DNA of 63,761 bases, the filler included, from Choristocarpus tenellus KU-1152 (taxonomy: Eukaryota; Protista; Phaeophyceae), in NCBI GenBank assembly GCA_964200185.2. It is 11 parts of 11 records of this genome, joined end to end, with 100 filler letters (N's around TTAATTAATTAA, not from the genome) between each part and the next. Parts side by side here need not be neighbours in the genome. Positions count along the whole stretch, not along the records: positions 51,357 to 58,005 come from CAXNAD020007665.1; positions 58,106 to 61,090 come from CAXNAD020023144.1; positions 61,191 to 63,761 come from CAXNAD020026677.1; 8 more parts are not named here. One strand, written 5' to 3'. This document shows, in pieces, positions 51,651 through 63,761 of this stretch. Position 1 is the first letter of the stretch; each line of letters starts with the position of its first letter. Under the pieces are notes generated by a model that had not been told where the DNA came from, did no database searches, and saw only the letters and a list, made by a program, of their open reading frames with translations. The translations under genes were made by a program, and so were the position numbers.

Positions 51651-54600
51651 ATGAAGTCATTTGCTCTAGGTCTGCCAGTGAAGGGTGCGACCTCAGACTC
51701 ATCGCTGCCTATATAGGAGTAAATGGCATAAAATTTGGTGTTGAAGACATCATTGTCGGATATCTGTAACATTGTGCAATCAGAGGAAAGAAACGCGAGC
51801 AAGAGGCTTCAGTTAGGACTCGCATTCAGGCTCAGGGAATCAGCAAAGGAGCAAGCCCAGTTCAAGTAATGGCTTCGTAATATGTGCATTTGGGTGAAAA
51901 ATGTGTTTCATGTTATGTGACGGGCTGAAAAATAACGTGTTTGCGTTAGGTCTCTGAGCTATAGGGTGTGCACGGTGATGGTATTCACAAGGAGACTATT
52001 TCTCCGGGATTACTAACCTATCAGGAAAAACCACATGTTCCTCTACTTCATTGGATCATATCTGATGTTATGAATTGAAGTATCAGAAAAAGAATCAAAG
52101 AAGTGATCCAGAAAAACATTGTTGTTGACTGAGCAGCAAAGCAAAGCACCATCTATTGCTCATGGTATTGAATGTTGTGACCACATCCTTGAAACAAGTT
52201 GAGCCAACTCGGCTCTGTAACGTGTATACACATTTCCATGCATGTGTCACTGCTGAATGGTGCTTTAATCAGAAGGAACAGGACTTAGCCCTGGGTAATT
52301 TCAGCTTCAGACACACTCCTTACTTTTCCAGAGGAACGACCTTAGTGCTGTGTTATGACAGTAATCCTACAATCTTGCCAGTCCCAAGAGTATTGTTTGC
52401 TGATGAGGGAATACGGACACTAAGCCGTACTTGGACCAACTCATCACAAATTACTGACTTAGGACGCTGAACTATTTTCCATCAGAGCTGGAATAGGAGG
52501 AGGCAGAAGATGAAATTTTTATGGTACTTTGTCAATCACACGTGACCACCACAATATGTGCAGTTCGAATCCATCCTGCCCAGTATTCAAGAGTGCTTTG
52601 AGGCAAACCATTGCAGTAGCATCTCTTTGGGAGGTAATCAGTAGTGAACATCAAGGTTGTCCAATAACTCCCTTCCGACTGTACAATGTTTGGACCAGAG
52701 GTATTATTCAGGTGGGTGACTGGACTATAGGAGAAAAGTAACAGAGGCAAGTTGAACCCTTAATGCCTATCTACTTCCCCTCCCTTTCCCTTTGTACGTA
52801 TCTGTATACGTATATGTCGCGTTATGATGCAATTTCAAATGTGTAACGATCTTGTTGCAAACCTACTGTTGTGACACCTTATGGCAACAGGCTCCGGTCT
52901 AACAGATTTGTAGATGTTCCCAAACGCGAATCGATTGTCTTTCAACCTACCCATGATCTGGACACGCAACAAGAAGAAGGTATACTCCATCCCATCTAAC
53001 CAAACTCGGCCCATTCCATCCCTACTTTACCTCCTCATAGAACATACTCCATACCCAAGGCTTCCCTTCCACCATCATCACACATGATGCTTCACCAACA
53101 TCTTCAGCACCCTCACTTACGGTGTTAGCGGCAGAGCCTGAAGTAGTCCGTATACCAAGAGAGTTCCCCCGAAAGACATTCCTGGAGATATTTGAGTGGA
53201 AAGTCTCCATGATGGCTACTCCGGCACCTTCATTATCCCACACAGTGTTGTCTTCATTGACATTCGGGGCAGAAAAACAGAATGAGTCAGAGTAAGTGAG
53301 AGGTACCCAGAGTTGCACTTTAAGGATCTCGGCAAATATGTGCAAAATTCGACTTCTTTTTCCAAAAATGTGCAAGATATTTTCAGAATAATGTTGAAAT
53401 ATTGCAAAACGGTCAAACACTGGGGGCCCCTCGTTTACTTTGGCTCAATGCAGGTTGTTGATTGATGTAGGATGAAATACAACTCAGCTATTACTGTTAT
53501 CTATTTGAAGTTGCACTGTTGCTAAACTTCAGTGTTGATAGAGTTTTTTACTTGCTCAATACTGAGCCTCACTTGAGAAAATAGAATGAACGAGTGAAGT
53601 CAGGTCTGAGAGAACTGTGTTAGGATGATGATTTGACAGCACGGTGTTTTGTTGTGCTGCAAGGTGGGCTAGTTGTGTATGTGGAGTATTCGGTTTGTGG
53701 GGTGCATTTAGAGCTCTCTCCTACTGTATACATGGCGAGATTGGTTGTTTGGTATGTCTGTTTCCCGAAGACCAATGTGAGGAGGGCATCATGAGGTGTT
53801 GAGGTTCCATCTTCTGTTACATATTATGTACTGTCATTGATATGGTAATGTGGTATCTGGCGAGCTCTGTAGATAGTGCTGGTTCGTGGGCAGTACTTCT
53901 TCTGCTGAGTCAGTTCGTGCTTGAAGTATGATGGCTCCAGGCACATAATGCCTCTCCCATCAAAGCATTATAATTCTCTGAAGCAAGAGGTAACCGAAAG
54001 TACTGCAGTGCTTTTCAATCGCTCATCGGGTGCCTACCCTTTATGTGTGCATAAAATGTGTAGTGAATGTCTATAGAAAAGATGTCCTTGGATAGCTGTA
54101 GGCTTTGTTGGCGATGCTACTTGCACCAAGTCAGTAAACAATAAAGCCCATGATTGCTGAATAAGTCTCAAATGCAGCCAGATGTGGGCCTACATGAGGG
54201 TGCCCACAGAGGTTCAAACTCTGCGAAAACCTAAAGAGTTATATTGAGATGGGGCGTACATGCACTGAACCAACATGAGAGCTAGTGGGAAAGAAGGTTA
54301 AGATCAGAGGAAGTTGGTGATGACTTACTGATGACTTTGGAGTAGTTGCAGCTGCGATGGAGCATGATGCCATGATAATCGCCTCCCCACACCAGGTTGT
54401 TCTGGATGCTCACATGGTCACAACGCTTCGAGGCAATGATGTTGTGCTTTCCTGGAGACGGAACATTAAAAAACGTTTAGTTACAACAATATCACTGTCC
54501 ATACCTCCATATAGGTTCCCAGTTCACACACAAGTCTCTGCCTATGTCAGAATATCCCTCTCCCACCTGAACCTGTGTTGTTCCCAGGCCTATGATGGAT

Positions 54601-54763
54601 TCAGCAGAGCTCCAACCGAGTTTACTGTGTATTTGAAGACCTGAATTCACACATGGTGATACACTTGCATCAAAAACTCTCTACTTCCTTTCCATTCATT
54701 TTTTTTCCCACCAGCTACATCCTACCTCACCACTATTTCGCCAGCAAAGTTCAGCATATCATT

Positions 54764-54807
<44 letters not shown>

Positions 54808-57461
54808 CATCCCTTTTCCCCCCCCCCCCCCCCCAAGGCACCCACCCCTTCCCTGCCTCCCTAACAAGCTCTCGACTTACGGTTGCCCCAAACAAGGTTG
54901 TTGTGGATAGTGAGGTAGTCGCTGTCATCATGAGGATCAAAGCCATAGACCCAGTTGTCTTGAAGTAGGTGGTCCCAATTCCCCCCCCGGCAAACACATG
55001 TGCACATACACACACAAGCATACATTGAGAGATGAAGATGTATGATCAACTGATGTGGAATTGGGGTTGGAGTAAGAAGGAAACAGCAAAAATATTCCAA
55101 TGCATATATATATATTGCTTCTGCTTTTGCTTTTTACTTTCAAAAGTTCTGCCCCTTTGTCGAACGTAGATCAACGGACGGATGGAGGGATCAAAAAACG
55201 ATCCAAGAATGACTCTTTCTTTTCAAAGTCGTGAATGTGCCCAAAGTACACGTTTGTTGGCAGAGATGCCAAATTCAAGCTGAAAAGAGTGACATTGATA
55301 GGTGAGGTCAAGGTCAAAAGGCCAAGCGAACTTCTTTGTGCTAAATTGAAATTTGTGCCAATGCCACATGCGAGCAAATTTTGTACTATTGAATTTGGTC
55401 AACGTGATGCATTCGTCCTGCAGTAATGCCTGTCAATTGCATTAAGATCAATCGTGTCATTGATCAAATCTCTGCTCCGAAACCTATACCCTGGTTGGAG
55501 ACCTATATGAGTAAATCTGCATCACAACCAAACCCAAGCACTGTGCAGAGTTGGACTCTGGACTTGAACTTCACAGTTTTCTCAACATCAATGTAGGTAC
55601 GATACCTTCGCCTCATTCCGATTGCACTCTCCTGGTCAGGTTCTAGAGGAGGTGGTGAGTCAAAACATTTAAGAGAGTAAGACAGCGTCCGGTTTGGGGT
55701 CCAAAATCCAATTTTGCGATTTTGATGTAATTTTGGCGATCGTGTTTGTTCGCAAGTGTCAACATCCTTGCTCCAGACACTCCTTTCATAGTTGTACATA
55801 TTTTAGGTAACTGTATTACACAGAAATCCGAAAAAGGGGGGAAAAAAAAGAAGTGGGAAGCCAAGCCCCAAACAAACAGGGCAAAACTCGTTCCCTCTTA
55901 AATGCTTTACCTCAGTGCACGTCTCGAACATTGAGGCAGTCATATTTCAACAGCTATTGTCCCCCGTCCCCTCAAACCACATTGCCAACACAAGGTCAAC
56001 AGAGACACCAGTATCTCACCATGCATTTGGTTGTAGGACCAGTCACCACCCTGATGACCATAACTGTAGCAGGGGGAAATGAAAGCACGGTGGATGTGGT
56101 CAGAATGTTTAAGATTGGTCGCCAGAGAGAAGTGACTTTGCTAGCAATTCGGGTACATAGCGTGAGCGAAAATAATCACAACAAATTGCTTAGGAAACAC
56201 AGAGTTCAGTTTCGTAGAGAGGGGGAACAAGAATCAGGGCTGGACATTTTTTTGTTTGTTCTAGAACTCTATTCTCGTTGTTAGGAAGCTCGTCTACGAG
56301 CCAAAAAATGGACCTGTTGGTGACTTTACAATCTAGTACTCCAGAAAATACTGTTATACATGTAAAGATCTTGGTATATACTGTGCTGTAATGAGTTGAA
56401 GTAAATAAGAGATACCTACGTTTTGTTTGTTTTGCATTATACAAGTCAATTTATTCTTTCGGAATTATTACTATGTATTGTAGTAGTAGTAGTAGTATTA
56501 TTAGTATTATTATATTCATATTTCTACAACACCAAGTTTGTCTTGGAGAACGTAGATTTCTCTACTGTTAAAAAAAAGTTAAAAAAAAAGAATAGACTTG
56601 AATTTTTTAGCATATTTTTCAGCATCGCATCCTCAAAATACAACTTCTGGTTTCAAGGTGCCCTCTCATTAACTTCGACTCACTTGAATATATCTTCAAG
56701 ACCAAGTACACATTTCGAGTTCATCCCCTTCGTACCTGTACATTCCGTACCACATATGGTGGATATCGGAGTACAAGATATCGCCGTAGACATTCACTCG
56801 GTCGAAAATGTCAACGTTGCTCAGGTCCTTACATAGCCCGCGAACCTGCACAAGGAAAAAAATCGTCCGTGAAGGGGCGCAACACCCCCCGAATTGTAGA
56901 GGTGTGTGTGGGGAGTTAGGACAGAATAGCTACGAGGGGGTAGAGAACAGGTAGGCAATGGGAACCTGATGTGAATATTATTATTCTTTTTTCTATGGAC
57001 CATCATTGAAAGAACTCATCCTGAAATATGTCAAACAACTTTGCAAAGAAAATAAAAAAAGAATATATATATATATTTACGCAGTACATCACGTACCTCT
57101 TGAAAGGAAAAAAATATCTATATCTATATCTATATCTATATATTTTGGTGGTCTTGGTGACGATGGGTTCTAAAAAGAGAATCGCACAAGGGGCATTGTA
57201 CTATTGCTCTTCCTAGAAGGAACAAAATAGGCGACACCTCACGTAAAAAAAGGTGAATGAGACCGTCAGCAGTGAGTGGGTGGGTACGCATCGACAGCCA
57301 GAGTTCTTGCTATTTTGTCGCCCATAACTCGCCTTCCAGGAAACTCCGTACGATTCCGACCCCTGATATCCCAGGTAGCCCAGCTCACTCCTCACCACAT
57401 CCATCCGACACTCGCCCTTGTCTTTCTTGGGACGGTTTTCGCAGGTTTCGTCATCGAGTAC
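51651..57461 (-). CDS. Mannuronan C5-epimerase (alginate-modifying, right-handed beta-helix), internal part. Exons 57461-57333, 56845-56736, 56063-56020, 54958-54881, 54451-54329, 53251-53121, 51763-51651
   Basis: Spliced SELGYLGYQGSESYGVSWKVRGLCKDLSN...YGHQGG...YGFDPHDDSDYLTIHNN...IIASKRCDHVSIQNN...GIMLHRS; catalytic DPHD motif intact. Confidence 0.95.
53284..53446. mobile_element. MITE family 3, intronic
   Basis: GAGTCAGAGTAAGTGAGAGG...CCCCTCGTTTACTTTGGCTC; AAT/AAT flanks. Confidence 0.75.
55657..55913 (-). mobile_element. MITE family 1, diverged and inverted, intronic
   Basis: Reverse complement aligns with 14225-14483. Confidence 0.85.
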
Positions 57462-57497
57462 CTGGTGGGCAACGGGTGGGGGGGTGGGGGCATTTTT

Positions 57498-57756
57498 GAG
57501 TGAAAGTATCTTAGAGGGTAGGAATTTTGCCCTGTTCGTCCATATGGGGCTTGGCTTCCCACTGGGTTTTCTATGACATTTTCCTACTCCAAAATGTTTC
57601 AAAGTAGCCAAAATGTGTATGTTATGAAAAGGTATGCTCGGAATAAGGATATTGACACGTCCTAACAAACACAATATCCAAAATTGCATCAAAATCGCAA
57701 CAATAGATTTTGGACCCCGAACGGACGCAGCTCTACCCTCTAAGATACTTTGACCC
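57498..57756 (+). mobile_element. MITE family 1, complete
   Basis: TIRs present; TSD TTTT/TTTT. Confidence 0.93.
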
Positions 57757-58105
57757 TTTTGCTTGTATTTATGCAATTGTGGTAGGGGGTGGTGTAGGGT
57801 TTTTTTGGCGAGGGGGGATGAGAAGACTCCATAGTGATGCCAAGCACGTCAAGGCATAAATATATATACATATATTTTAACTTCAGAGGTGCCACCCCTA
57901 GCAAAGGGGGTATTGTTTGTGCATGTGGGTACGAGTACGTAGTTGTGACCGGCCACATGATATGTCCACATGTGTGTGTGAATGCACACACCATTCCTAC
58001 CCTCANNNNNNNNNNNNNNNNNNNNNNNNNNNNNNNNNNNNNNNNNNNNTTAATTAATTAANNNNNNNNNNNNNNNNNNNNNNNNNNNNNNNNNNNNNNN
58101 NNNNN

Positions 58106-58316
58106 AGACCCCCCCCCCCACAGATACTTTGGGTCAATGACATTTCCTACTCTAATTTTTTCGGAGTAGGTAAATTGTTATGTTATGAACAGGTGTGACA
58201 GGAACAAGGACATTGACACTTCCTAACAACACGATAGCCAAAAGTACATCAAAATCACAACGTTGGAATTTGGCCCTCAAATGGACGCGGCTCTTCCCTC
58301 TAAGATGCTTTGGTTC
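58106..58316. mobile_element. MITE family 2 end (58106-58135) abutting a truncated MITE family 1 copy (58136-58316)
   Basis: CAGATACTTTGGGTC followed by the internal-to-right part of family 1. Confidence 0.85.
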
Positions 58317-59359
58317 CGAAGCTCTTCCAGGTGGTTTAAAGTCAGGATCGGGTTCGACCCCTTCTCAACCTTTGCAGTGAAAAACTCATGGAACAAATGT
58401 TGGCTATTACCCACTGTATTGGCCATGAACCAATCATCTATTGCTCGGAAAAGATCGCTCGGGCTTTGGGGCGTATAGCACACTGCCCTGGTAGTGGGTG
58501 CAACGAGAGCAACAGTGAGTGCGTGGTAGGCCTCTTCGGCCATCAAAGAGTGAAGGTATCTTAGAGGGTATGAGTTTTTCCCTTTTTGTCCATTTGGGGC
58601 TTGGCTTCCCATGGGTTTTTTATTACATTTTCCTACTCCAAAATGTTTCGTAGTAGGTATAATGTATCCATTATGAAAAATTGTGTCCAGAAGAAGGATA
58701 TTGACACTTCCTAACAAATACGATAGTCAAAATTACATCAAAATCGTAAAGTTGAATTTTGGCTCCGAAATGGACGCGACTCTACCCTCTAAGATACATT
58801 GGCTCAGAATATCATTCGTACTGAAGCCGTCCGAGAGAAGTTCCTCGTAGGAGCGTTCTTGATTGACTGGTCTTTCACTTGTCAACGCATCCAAATAGTG
58901 AGTATATCGTCAATGCACGATGAAACGCCTCCGCCAGTCCCGGTAGTCCGAGTCGTCCAACAGCTTCGGTGGTTGGGTTCTTGATCTCTTCGTCGTAGGG
59001 CGAACAATATGTGCGCCTGTCCCCAAGCTCTCCGAAGAACCGGAACCCTGGCTTGCACCACTTCTGATGCTCGCAGCATCCAAACTGTTTCGCCTCTCTG
59101 GGAAATTTTCCCTCAACATGGGTTCCATAGGACCCACTTCGACTGGTACGCCCCCAGTCGGAGGCCGTGTGCTGGGCACAGCGGCCTGGAGGACGGGATG
59201 ATTTCTGTCACCGACTCTTTGAGACTGAACAGTGAGATTGCCAACGCTTCTTGACAACTCCACTACCGACGCCATAAGCTGTCTGAATTCTTGGACAGAT
59301 GGAACCTCGGAAGGGACAGGTTCCCGCAATTCTTGAATCGCATCTCCTTGTGTAGACAT
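58317..59359 (-). mobile_element. Ty1/Copia gag (UBN2-like), disrupted by a stop and two MITE insertions
   Basis: PPKLLDDSDYRDWRRRF...EAYHAL...SPSDLFRAIDDWF...KVEKGSNPI. Confidence 0.8.
58548..58805 (+). mobile_element. MITE family 1, complete, inside Copia gag
   Basis: TIRs present; flanks AAA/AGA. Confidence 0.92.
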
Positions 59360-59398
59360 GATGAAATGATGGGTGAACACCTAAGGTCCAATATATTG

Positions 59399-59663
59399 TG
59401 TTAGAGTATCCCCAAAATCATCTAAGAGGGTAAAGGTGATAAACCCGGCGATATTGCTTGGTGTCTGTAGAGTGATTGATTAAATTTAGGTGGGGCATGC
59501 AAGTCCCCATAATATCAGAAATATTTCCTTTTATACGAGAAAGATTATCCTTCAACTAATCACTAGTAAAAGGTTCTGATAACTCAACCACTAATTGATT
59601 GTTCCGTTACTCTGTAACTGTCCGCGTAACTGTCCGATATAGTTGGAAGAGTCTAATCGAACA
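59399..59663 (-). mobile_element. Probable 5' LTR of the adjacent Copia (boundaries tentative)
   Basis: TGTT...AACA ends, directly upstream of gag; one end is repeated at 36620. Confidence 0.5.
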
Positions 59664-59789
59664 TGATTATCACTGTTTTATTCTCTTTTTCTAGCATATG
59701 TATCGGCTGAACCTCACCTTGTTTTCCAGGCATACAGTTGTTACCTGCTGGGAGGTTTTCTGGAGGAGGTACTCATCTCTCTTGTTCCT

Positions 59790-60170
59790 GCTGAATTCCT
59801 CCTTAACTTCATCCTTCATTCGTACCCTCTAATAGAGTGACTTGAAGTCAAAACTGGACCCTATGTCCTACATGTCTCTTCTGCTTTCATCCTTCCACAA
59901 TGTTTGACACTTGTACCTATACGGATGAGAAGTAGCACATCCTCTTGGGGCAAGAGCTGTGCTTGGGTGGGAACATTGGTTGGGCATGGTCTTGTGTTAG
60001 GATTGTGAATGTTCTAAAAGGCATGATAAATACCCAGCTGTAGTAAGGTAAAGCTGTTCATTACTTCTGTATTATTACCTAGTCTTACAACTAACTATCC
60101 ATCTTAGAACTTTCCTTTGTACTACAATACCATTTGCTAAGGCCTGACAAGGGTACATTGTTACTGCTCG
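59790..60170 (-). mobile_element. Highly diverged Gypsy integrase C-terminus (chromo/Tudor-like tail)
   Basis: Reverse complement contains CAGTTTTGACTTCAAGTCAC...GAGGGTAC, homologous to 18380-18415. Confidence 0.7.
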
Positions 60171-60181
60171 ATCTGAGTGTT

Positions 60182-60437
60182 GAGTGAAAGTGTTTCAGAG
60201 GGTACAAGTTTTGCCCTGTTTGTCCATTTGGGGTTTGGCTTCTCAAGGTTTTTTAATGATATTTCTTCTACTTTGAAATGTTTTGGAGTAGGTAAAATGT
60301 CTACACTATAAATTTGTCTGGAACAAGGATATTTGACTCTTCGTGACAAACACACTGGTCGAAATTGCATCAAAACCGCAACAATGGATTTTGGACCCCA
60401 AACGGACACAGCTCTACCCTCTAAGATACTTGGACTC
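60182..60437 (+). mobile_element. MITE family 1, complete
   Basis: TIRs present; TSD TGTT/TGTT. Confidence 0.93.
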
Positions 60438-60524
60438 TGTTGGAATCCTGACAAAAGGTACCCATGGTGGTGACAGTGGGGGTGGTTGGAAACCCTGACC
60501 TTCTCTAAATGACACAGTATGTGC

Positions 60525-60880
60525 TTATAGTGTTGTCTTCGAAAATGTTGTTCCTAAAATAATTTCGTAAGGCAGCCCCATCACTATCCTAAATGCCACA
60601 TTGCACACGTTATCCTCTGGGGAAAACGCTATTGGAAGTTTGCATGACCTCAATACCAGCATTGGTGGAAAATTGCACGCTCTGGGGTTTGCTCCATTTA
60701 AGGCATCTTTGCCTGCCATGTTGAGCTGTGGTAAGCAATTTTCACAAAAATAGATGAGATGTAATTTCCCCTTCTGCACCTGTGTCAAGGAGTACCTGGA
60801 CAAGCATTCTCGAGTGGACTCTGCATGGGTGATATAGCAGGGCATATGTCGATACTTGACTAGTACAATGGTCAGTGTCA
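60525..60880 (-). mobile_element. Degenerate Gypsy aspartic protease-like fragment
   Basis: LNGAN...FRIVMGLPYEIILGTTF resembles a retropepsin C-terminus; the DTG motif is not intact. Confidence 0.45.
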
Positions 60881-60914
60881 TGGTGAATATTATTGAGATG
60901 GAAATGAAAGTCTT

Positions 60915-61090
60915 GACACAAAATATCTGGGGGGGGGGGGGAGTGTTACACCAGGGCGTCAATTTGGGCCATAACCAGGAAAAATCCACTTACAGTATCC
61001 ATCCGATATATGCAACCAAATCACACAAAAATTGCGACATGAAAAAATTGACCCCAAATGGACAGCCACCCCACCCCCCCCCCCCCCCCC
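60915..61090 (+). mobile_element. MITE family 2, cut by the contig end
   Basis: Matches 19424-19610. Confidence 0.9.
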
Positions 61091-61484
61091 NNNNNNNNNN
61101 NNNNNNNNNNNNNNNNNNNNNNNNNNNNNNNNNNTTAATTAATTAANNNNNNNNNNNNNNNNNNNNNNNNNNNNNNNNNNNNNNNNNNNNGGTCTTCGTC
61201 GCGTTCAACTTTGAGGGTATACGTGGCCCCCCAATTATAGATCCCTTCCTGACCTGGAGCAACGTAGTTGGCCCTGGCAAATTCCACGACCCGCCAGTAT
61301 TTTAGTCTCCACTTGGTGCAGTTGCGTAACTTCAGCGTCCCCATGTTGTGTCTTTCTGGCTGCTGCACGCGTCCAAGCAAACGAGACAGGGTTTGGAAAG
61401 GCCGCCGTTAGAAGAGCCCTCCGACGCTTATCAAAGGAAACTGGAGATGGTGGGCAAGCAGATAGGACCAGTAAAGAGAGAATT

Positions 61485-63390
61485 TGTTACAGGCGCCCCT
61501 CAGAACTCACCTACACAGGATATATATGTACAACTCTAACCCAACGACCTTAAAACGACGCTATGGGAACGTTGCCCTAGATAACAGTTTGTATAGGGTG
61601 TCAGATAGCCTTCTCTTCATACTCCATTCAGTGCTTCTTACCTCAAAGCTTCACTCAATGTTTCGTTCAAAATATAAGACTTGTGCATAGGTGGCGTGAT
61701 GGATTGACCAAATGTCCTCTTATTATTATTTCCATCATCACCCAATTTCCTTGATCTTCTATCAACTGCTTGCTCTATAGGTGTACTCCAATCATGAACC
61801 TTTATTCTGCAACTTCTTAGTGACTTTGACATTTTCTTCTGTAATGCTACGCGGGTATTTCCGAATCCTACTCTGCATCTTCTACGAAATCATAATTTAT
61901 TCTGTAAGGCTACCTACCTATTGTGTTACTAATATCGTATATTGTTCGCAATTGTTAGAACGCGAGGAACAATCCTAACACTATACGTCTGTCACAAATG
62001 TTGGTATTTGCTAAAACATGAGGAGAAAATGCTCGCGCTATTCGCGTATAACAAATGCTCGCAGTTCGTTGGAACACAAGAAGAAACGCTCGCGCTATTC
62101 GACTGTAACGTGCCCCCCAGCGTGAGCTAGCAGCACATGTTTCACGCTTACCACAGACCATTGTCACCGGTGAAGACAATAGATATCATCAATTACCTCA
62201 GATCATCCTGTTGCAAAAAAAAGTAAACAGTTCACGATCACTTTGGACGGGCGTTGCTTGGTCAAGGTTAGAAGCAGACAACTCATCTTCCTTTTGAACA
62301 CGTGTGGTAAATGCACGACTACTTTCAGGCACATTACGACAGATTGGTGCCAGCATTGGAGCAACGGATTTCTCCTGTTTCTTAAACTTGAAAATACGAG
62401 ATAGAGTATCAGGTATAACATTGAGCTTACCGGGCTTGTGTTTGACAGTGAAATCATAAGCTTGAAGAGCAATAGCCCAACGAGTAAGCACGTTACTGGT
62501 ATCCTGCATTCTATACAAGTAACACAATGCGGCATGATACAAGTAACACAATGCGGCATGATCTGTGATGCAGGTAAAGTGTCTACCCCAAAGATACGGT
62601 CACCAATGAGTGATAGCTGTAGCGACTGCATAACACTCTCTTTTAATGTAGCTGAAGAACAATGACGTTGAGCTTCATTAATTTTCTTGCTGAAGTATGC
62701 AAATGGTACCTAGGTCTGCAGGATTATCGGATCGAGGTTGTGCTAAAACCCCTCCAGCACCACTCTCACTGGCATCAACATGGACGATGAATTCTTTGGT
62801 AAAGTCAGGGAGAATATGAGAACCGGGGTGGCATTGAGTAATTGTTTTACTTTAAAAAATGCCGCATCCTTGTCCACTCGCCATTCTTTATCCACTCTCT
62901 TACTGACACCTTTCTTAGTTAGATGAACAAACGGTTCGATTACTGTGGCTAAGTTGGGTATGAATCTACGCACAAAATTAACCATACCTAGGACAGATCG
63001 AAGTTCTTTGATGGTGGTGGGTTTGGGTAATTCAGTCGTTGCACCAACACGATCTTCACCGATACGAATTCCTTCAGACGATAAAATGCGACCCAGGTAA
63101 CGTACTTCTTTGGATCCAAATTGGATCTTTTTGACGGTTTCAAAGTTAAACCTGCTGCTTGTAAAGCTTTGAATTGCTGTTCTAGTAAGTGTATATGTCC
63201 TTCCCGTGTGGGAGAACAAGCAATCAGATCATCTATATAAACTAGCAACCCACTCAGTGGACCTAAGTTTGCAAATGCTAAGGACATGATTCTTTGAAAT
63301 TGCCAAGGGGCATTTGATATCCCAAAGGGCATCCTCTTAATAACGTATTTGCCTCTGGACGTGACAAGGCAGTTTTATCAATGTCATCCT
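61485..63390 (-). mobile_element. Ty3/Gypsy: RT-RNase H (63390-62225), integrase deleted, PPT and 3' LTR (62110-61485)
   Basis: MPFGISNAP, YIDD, YLG, LRSVLGMVNF, VDAS, TDH, RWAIALQAYDFTVKHKPGKLNVIPDTLSR; LTR termini related to 19221 and 43221. Confidence 0.95.
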
Positions 63391-63761
63391 CAGCAACAGG
63401 AATCTGTCAATAACAGTGGATCTGGAGAATTGAGGAAGGAACGGGGCGTTGAGGATGGGTTCTGATCGAAAACGGTGCGAAAAACGTACCGATAGTTGTT
63501 TTTTTTTACTGTTTCTGCACTTTTAACGGCCCAGGATGTATTTTTTCTAAAATATGTTTCGGCACTTTTTAAGGGCCCAGATATATTTTTATTCAAAAGT
63601 ATTTCGGTACTTGTGGAGGGCACCGCTACGATTTGGAAGCGACCTCGACCAAGCCTAAGGTATAAGGACAGACGGCCCCCCCCCAAGGGGGCGCCGGTAA
63701 CGGTTTTGGTATTCTTATAATAATATGTATGGTACACTACAGATTGTATTATACAGTACAT

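Noticed and set aside
58277-58717. ORFs with repeated PLRY/ILEGRAA peptides (also at 14173, 57213 and 60161)
   Set aside because: Translations of non-coding MITE family 1 sequence, here partly fused to Copia gag

Overview
Eukaryotic, repeat-rich DNA, almost certainly from a brown alga, because it contains an intron-rich mannuronan C5-epimerase gene. The window is not one locus. It is 11 short contigs joined by artificial 100-bp linkers (N44-TTAATTAATTAA-N44), so adjacency across linkers means nothing. Host genes recovered by manual splicing are a TPT/nucleotide-sugar transporter, a GRAM-domain (GRAMD1/VAD1-like) gene 5' part, a probable Bub1/Mad3 fragment with three ABBA motifs, tRNA-Thr(UGU), tubulin chaperone TBCA, the tail of an endocytic-adaptor-like gene and a mannuronan C5-epimerase. 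The rest is mostly decayed Copia, Gypsy (chromo- plus Tudor-like integrase tail) and CRE-like non-LTR elements, plus about 19 copies of related Sola-like MITEs. The main highlight is contig 2 (12234-17139). There a Sola-like transposase 5' end lies head-to-head with a 4-exon gene that fuses a degenerate beta-class DNA amino-methyltransferase-like domain to a degenerate SET-like domain. Between them is a ~285-bp tandem array carrying 25-bp-arm hairpins. This is a candidate transposon-encoded chromatin/anti-silencing module. All homology calls are by eye; no searches were run.
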